Source: Minisyncoccota bacterium
GTDB taxonomy: Bacteria > Patescibacteriota > Minisyncoccia > Phycocordibacterales > UBA9973
Length of the DNA: 64,000 nt
Reading direction: 5' to 3'
Assembly (NCBI GenBank): GCA_041674285.1
Contig: JBAYVZ010000001.1
Location: 165,129-229,128 of the forward strand
Numbering within the stretch: position 1 is the first letter of the stretch; every line of letters starts with the position of its first letter. The notes below the pieces were generated by a model. The model was given only the letters and a program-made list of their open reading frames with translations, was not told the origin of the DNA and searched no databases. This document shows positions 59,501 through 64,000 of the stretch, piece by piece. Made by a program: the position numbers and the translations under genes.

Positions 59501-62500
59501 TGTATATGTATATGTATAGGTTCCTAGTGCATTTGTATTTACAGTTCCAGTTCTTATATATTCACAATCAGTAATAGTTGTACTGAAAGATGACACTGAA
59601 GTACAAGCAGACCCACTATCTTCAATAGTAGCACCAGCATCAGTATATGAACCACTATTAAGAACAACCTCAATACTGTCAGAATCAGTAAGAACTATAG
59701 TAGGAGCGACATTTTCAATATCATCATTGTATATAGTATAAATGAATGTTGATGTTCCTAGTGTCGCATTGTTTGGGTTAGCCAGTGTGACAATAATTGT
59801 TTCCCCTGCCTCAGAATTATCATCATTAGTAACAGTAAACGGAATACTTGCATTTGTAGATCCTGGAGCTATGGTCAAAGTTCCAGTTGTATTTGTCGCA
59901 GTAAAATCAGAATTCAATGTTGCTGTACCATCTGTGGTGATAGTATATGCGACAGTCACACTCTTACCAGAAGCAGGTAGAAGAGATACGTCTATAGTTT
60001 TCGCTGCTGGTGTATCACTTTCGAGACTACTATCATTATCTGTTGTAAATCCGATAGCAGGAGCATCATCATCATCATTTATGGTATATGTATATATTTT
60101 ATTTGTGAGAGCTACAGTCGCCATACCAGAAGACACAGCACTCAGAGTGACGACGATAGTCTCAGGATCTTCGTCTGTAGTATCTGCAGTTATTGGTATT
60201 TGAATAAGAGCAGAATCAGTATTTGCAGGGATAGTCACAGATAGCGGATTTGGAGCAGTGTAATCTGTACCTGCTGTTGCTCCACCTGTTAGAGTATATG
60301 TGACTACTGTATCTGTACCAGATTGAGCTGATATATATACTGGGATATCTATTGTACCAGCTGTATCTTCTGTGTCACTTAATGAAAGTGCATTTTCGTC
60401 AAATGAGACAGTGGCACTGATATCCGCGTCGATAGTATATGTATATGTATTTGTCGGTGATGAAGCACTGGCAATCTCCACATTGTCAGGAGACAATACC
60501 AAAACTACTGTTCTTGAACCCAATACATTTGGATTGTTGTTTACACCTAGTGTGATAACCCCAGTTGTTTGCCCTGCTGGTATTGTGATAAATCCAGCAC
60601 CCAGGTCATAGTCTTCTACTGGTGCAGTAGAGCTCGCATCTGCAGTGTAGTTTACTCTGACATCTTGGTATGAGGCATTTGTAAGTGTGACTGGGATACC
60701 AACTGTATCTACAGTCTCTGCACCATTACTAAATAGAGGTGAATCAAAGGTTATAGCAGGGATAGTATCGTCATTTGTAATTGTATGAGTATATACATCA
60801 TCAACTCCAGTAGTCAAAGTTGCGCCTGGTGCACTATTTATAGTCAATATTACGGTCTCATTTTGTTCATACCCGGTATCTCCAGTTATGTTCAGAGTTA
60901 TATCTGTATACAATTCACCCGCTGGTATAACAGCAGATCCTGACAATGCAGTAAAGTCTGTACCGCTAGTAGCTGTACCAGTTACTGTATATGTAGCTGT
61001 GATAGGACTACTAGATGCGCCAACAATAGAAAGTCTTATTGGAATTACTCCACTATTTGCATTTTCATTCACACTTGAATTATCAGTTACAGTAAATCCT
61101 ATAGCTGGAGCATCATCATTGTCTGTGATTGTATTTGTATATGATGCATTCCCGCCTGATGTAATCTTTGTAGGATCAACATTTAAGATAATAGTCTCTC
61201 CATTGTCTTGGATTGCGTCATCTACAACACTGATAGCAAGTGGTGCTACTAGAGTAGTATCTCCCGCTTCAAATGTCACAGTTCCAGCTGATGAGCCAGT
61301 CTGAGCCATTGTATAGTCGGTAGTAGCATCAGCTGAACCAGTGACAGTGTATGGGAATGATATATCGAGAGGATATGCACGTGATAGTGTCATACCTACA
61401 TTCACCGGCACTACTGGCGTAGCCTCAGCACTTGTACCCGTTAGAGAATCAAATGTGACAGTAGGAGCAGTGAGTACGAGTGGGTCCAATGTTCCATCTT
61501 CAGAATAATCACTCTGACTAGATAGCGGACCGGAGTCAGCAGCCTGATTGTCATGAACTAGGACTCTGATTCCAGTGTTTGAATAAGATCCACCAGCAAG
61601 GTCAACATCATTCTGAGCATTCCATGTGATAGAACCAGAGTAACCACTTGTAGCTATTGAACTATCGACGACTGAGACTAGGCTGTCAGTAGCCATGATC
61701 CATACAGGAGTACCAGTAAATATCGTACTGTTTTGTCTAGTTACCCTTGGTGATGTAGGCCATGTAGCACGTACAATACCAGTGAGAGAATTACTATTCT
61801 TTCCAGTATACTGAAGAACTTCATTGTTTAATTGAATATACCCTCCGCCAGATTTGAATCGAGATACATCAGATACAGGCAGATTACCACTAGACAATGC
61901 TCCAGTCGTCACTACCCCTATATTGTACATAACAACAGCTTCATACTCCGGACTATTTTTTGTACTAGCAGAAGGGTCTGTTAATAGGTAAGATACACTG
62001 ACAACTTTTGTTGTTGTGTTCTGGCTCGGAACAACATTTTCAACTTTTGGAGCAGTAGCTACGCTACCTCCTCCACCTTCACCATAGTCCTGAACACCAT
62101 TGGGTTTAACGTGAGTTTGAACATTCACCGAGATATTACTTCCACTGACCACAGAAAGCTTGTATTTGTAATGTTTTGTAGTATCTAGACCAACATCAAG
62201 GAAATGATAATTACCATTATTATCAGTAGACAAGCCACCTGAAGTATCGACAACAGAATATGATTCTTCGTACGTTATGTTGTCCGAAGATGAAGCTCTT
62301 TGCAGTTTATATGCACCAACTTCATTTGAATCAGCCCAACCGATATACATCGCATAGTAAGAAGTAGCGACATTTGATACGTCTTGGATAGTGAGTGACC
62401 CTGAGGTTACAGGTGCTGGAGTAGATATCAAAACGGGACCAGTCACATTACCATAGGAATCCCTAAATTCATAGTTCAAATCTTTAGCCTCAAAACCAGC

Positions 62501-64000
62501 ATCAAAACCCCAAGATGCAGTAGTATCTCCAGTTATAGACGTCCATGATCCTGTAGTCTGTGGTGTATTTGAAGTATGGTCAGATATCCTATATTCAACA
62601 GTAGATATATCTACAGGCATCGGAATAGTGACAATAGCATCTGAACCACCGGCTGTTCCCGCCTCTACTGTTACAGTAGCGGATGGGGCTTTTTGATCAA
62701 AATTAAATGATGAAGATTCAACATAGTGCACCATTTCACCAGTAGCTCCGTCGTCTGCCAGTAGACGTATTGTCATCGCACTATTTTCCATACCAGATGC
62801 ATCAGTTCTTGCATCCCATACGATACTCTTGTCTGCTGGAGGTGTATCATTTAGACTTTTTGCCTGATATCCATAATCCCCAGATACACTAGGTGCGTAT
62901 ATGTAAATTTTTGTATTCTGAGAATGTGAAGCTGGAGTTGCTTGATTATCAGTAGAAGTAAGACCACTAATTAGATAGTTAACACCCGCACCCCTAGTCA
63001 AACTAAGGACATTACCTGATTTTGTATATTCAATAATTTCATTATCTATAAGAATATATCCTGTGCTTGGAAATAGTGCTCCACTAGACACAGTCATACT
63101 AACAGCAGATGAATTTATTCCACCTGAAGGAACCAATATTCCAGAATCATAGAACAATGAGATACTAAGATTGTCTGACTCGATATCAGTTGCCTTGTAA
63201 CTAAGACTAATAGTGCCATCAGAAGCATGTTGAGACGGCGTAGACAGATTAGAGACTACAGGAGGAGCATTTGTAGAAACAAATGATATATCTGATATGG
63301 TACTAGTATTAGAAGCTCCATCAGTGGACTTTGCTCTTATTTTATAAGTCCTACCGATTTCAAATGGAACACTGGATGTAGAATAAGACCAAGTTGTTGT
63401 CCCAGTAGCTGTATTCCAACTCTCAGTAGTAGATGAGAAATCGGAACCATTATAATAATTACCATTTGATGATCCTCCTACACCGAGATCCTGGATAGAA
63501 ATTTCTACAGTATCCACATTAGACCCTCCTGTGTCAGCAGAAGTTCCAGCCACAGACCTCATGCTGTAAATTTGCTGAGGGGTTGCAGACTGACCAGCAC
63601 TAGTACATCCATTTCCAGGGATAGAACAAAATGCTGTCATAGCCAAAGTCGGAGCATTGACGTCAATCAAAACTGAACCATAACTAGAATACGCCGACTC
63701 ATTCAATGCACGGTCGATGGCTTTTACTCGGAAATACCAAGCACCATTAGCTAGAGTGGATTGATGGGTATAAGAATTTGTACTTGATGTACCATTTCCA
63801 ACATTCTGAGTAAACAAAGAATCGCTTGCCCACTGCACAGAATAAGTAGCCCCCACCATATTAGATTCGGTATCTGTAGAAGCATCCCATGACCATGTCG
63901 GATCACTATCGCTCAGTGGAGTTGATGTAGTTGATGGTGTACCAGGCACAGTAGGCGCAATGCTGTCTACATTTATAAGAGCGCCAGAACAAGCATAATT
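56528..64000 (-). CDS. giant surface protein (Calx-beta, DUF5011-like Ig, FN3-like repeats); 5' end lies beyond the window
   Basis: frame stays open to 64000; repeated VxYTxxGTAT.G.D (Calx-beta), APxIxL.G (DUF5011-like), VSW.T (FN3). Confidence 0.88.
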   Translation of the reverse strand, partial: NYACSGALINVDSIAPTVPGTPSTTSTPLSDSDPTWSWDASTDTESNMVGATYSVQWASDSLFTQNVGNGTSSTNSYTHQSTLANGAWYFRVKAIDRALNESAYSSYGSVLIDVNAPTLAMTAFCSIPGNGCTSAGQSATPQQIYSMRSVAGTSADTGGSNVDTVEISIQDLGVGGSSNGNYYNGSDFSSTTESWNTATGTTTWSYSTSSVPFEIGRTYKIRAKSTDGASNTSTISDISFVSTNAPPVVSNLSTPSQHASDGTISLSYKATDIESDNLSISLFYDSGILVPSGGINSSAVSMTVSSGALFPSTGYILIDNEIIEYTKSGNVLSLTRGAGVNYLISGLTSTDNQATPASHSQNTKIYIYAPSVSGDYGYQAKSLNDTPPADKSIVWDARTDASGMENSAMTIRLLADDGATGEMVHYVESSSFNFDQKAPSATVTVEAGTAGGSDAIVTIPMPVDISTVEYRISDHTSNTPQTTGSWTSITGDTTASWGFDAGFEAKDLNYEFRDSYGNVTGPVLISTPAPVTSGSLTIQDVSNVATSYYAMYIGWADSNEVGAYKLQRASSSDNITYEESYSVVDTSGGLSTDNNGNYHFLDVGLDTTKHYKYKLSVVSGSNISVNVQTHVKPNGVQDYGEGGGGSVATAPKVENVVPSQNTTTKVVSVSYLLTDPSASTKNSPEYEAVVMYNIGVVTTGALSSGNLPVSDVSRFKSGGGYIQLNNEVLQYTGKNSNSLTGIVRATWPTSPRVTRQNSTIFTGTPVWIMATDSLVSVVDSSIATSGYSGSITWNAQNDVDLAGGSYSNTGIRVLVHDNQAADSGPLSSQSDYSEDGTLDPLVLTAPTVTFDSLTGTSAEATPVVPVNVGMTLSRAYPLDISFPYTVTGSADATTDYTMAQTGSSAGTVTFEAGDTTLVAPLAISVVDDAIQDNGETIILNVDPTKITSGGNASYTNTITDNDDAPAIGFTVTDNSSVNENANSGVIPIRLSIVGASSSPITATYTVTGTATSGTDFTALSGSAVIPAGELYTDITLNITGDTGYEQNETVILTINSAPGATLTTGVDDVYTHTITNDDTIPAITFDSPLFSNGAETVDTVGIPVTLTNASYQDVRVNYTADASSTAPVEDYDLGAGFITIPAGQTTGVITLGVNNNPNVLGSRTVVLVLSPDNVEIASASSPTNTYTYTIDADISATVSFDENALSLSDTEDTAGTIDIPVYISAQSGTDTVVTYTLTGGATAGTDYTAPNPLSVTIPANTDSALIQIPITADTTDEDPETIVVTLSAVSSGMATVALTNKIYTYTINDDDDAPAIGFTTDNDSSLESDTPAAKTIDVSLLPASGKSVTVAYTITTDGTATLNSDFTATNTTGTLTIAPGSTNASIPFTVTNDDNSEAGETIIVTLANPNNATLGTSTFIYTIYNDDIENVAPTIVLTDSDSIEVVLNSGSYTDAGATIEDSGSACTSVSSFSTTITDCEYIRTGTVNTNALGTYTYTYTAKDSGGLSTIKSRTVNVVLAASYTVTVTVGANGAVDADATTQALTGYSASNSVYTIPRASATTGNDATFTITPADGYSIDLLTVGGETRANNSTSVSFTDIQENKTINVSFTATLDTTAPEITLLGDPEVDVVLGEEYIDDGITAVEDNDVSCTEGDTTTAPQNGCLWSKSGAVNVNAVGEYKIIYKAISAGGISTAERIVNVDYADTYNLTLTITGPGTVKDANGDTISAGNVVVDKLSTPAYTFVPDTDLHKVKTLSVTIGDTITPLNVDDYQAGYTFSQIKGDVSMAVGFGLIDEPLPAITFSSNPLVLAPGAPYPTDDWSATYSADGITSINLITNGQPVTDVPGVTYTISSNSSTAGVSGGDVIYTVTYTEGIGGTVTGTATRTVEDSAPPTISNISTPVIKSDVVMVSWNTNERSNTQVYWSTNTFEKNEEGLVTEDILGDPNNGYSSSALRDDSDKQATHWALMDSLTATTTYYYVVVSEDGSGNIAISPEQEVETVAAGQVIVVNSGGGGGSSGVALSVYEALQKELAELKKNNMFGITTLPVISNIKVSDVTAFGATVTFDTDRLTVAGVDYGKTKDFGKTEGNFKWSTNHKINIGGLTVGTDYYYGIAVVDKYSNVAVSIGDKQVFKTKFFSENLDEINKIENVEQFQNEIESSIESILPSLVPPFVEAPVVTDITEDSAVITYKTNIKGFSLVGYATDDYYDETKDNPYNGEVSDTTSKVTIHKVKLINLKSNTKYHFSAKAFSLPQIVGKSKDFTFITKASKIKVSVTNLTKNSFTVSWSTNSKTSSIVEYKNLKTGKVNKRTDDIRSTGHVVKIENLDPGTLYQVDVSGLNDIGNTVESAGTITIKTSTDVTAPAISKVKVDSSLVVGRNDKTQTIISWKTDEPSTSVVYYEEGSGSPDKPLANKQEDTELTLNHVVILTTLKPGTVYRFQVASSDDAKNVKKLPIRTIITPRPSESIVDVIFKNFNESFNFINNVK

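Noticed and set aside
61437-61447. CCCGTTAGAGA half-site matching the element terminus
   Set aside because: Lies inside the giant CDS (DSLTG codons) with no partner arm about 118 bp away; treated as chance.

Overview
AT-rich bacterial chromosome segment. Its gene set (short archaeal-type non-discriminating AspRS, a PaaX/Cas2-like regulator, a 7TM histidine kinase, a giant Ig-like surface protein, almost no Shine-Dalgarno sites) suggests a Patescibacteria/Parcubacteria (CPR) genome; this is inference. It carries housekeeping genes (dnaJ, rpmA, rplI, rplU, gatB, gltX, aspS, trpS, cysS, hisS, murG, ftsW, mraY, scpAB, dnaB, recR, pth, lepB, def, fmt, rsmI), one tRNA-Leu(TAA), a dispersed polyamine pathway, and an ABC exporter next to a >2470-aa surface protein. 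The main observation is a family of nine 117-120 bp elements bounded by 13-bp inverted repeats (TCCCGTTAGA...TCTAACGGGA). All are oriented with the downstream gene. In eight the terminal A is the A of that gene's ATG; in the ninth (aspS) the same codon reads AAG. Six copies are preceded by a duplicate of the gene's first 4-6 nt. The elements show covarying hairpins and two mutually exclusive pairings, one of which hides the start codon. They look like start-codon-targeted mobile or regulatory leader elements. No transposase is visible in the window.
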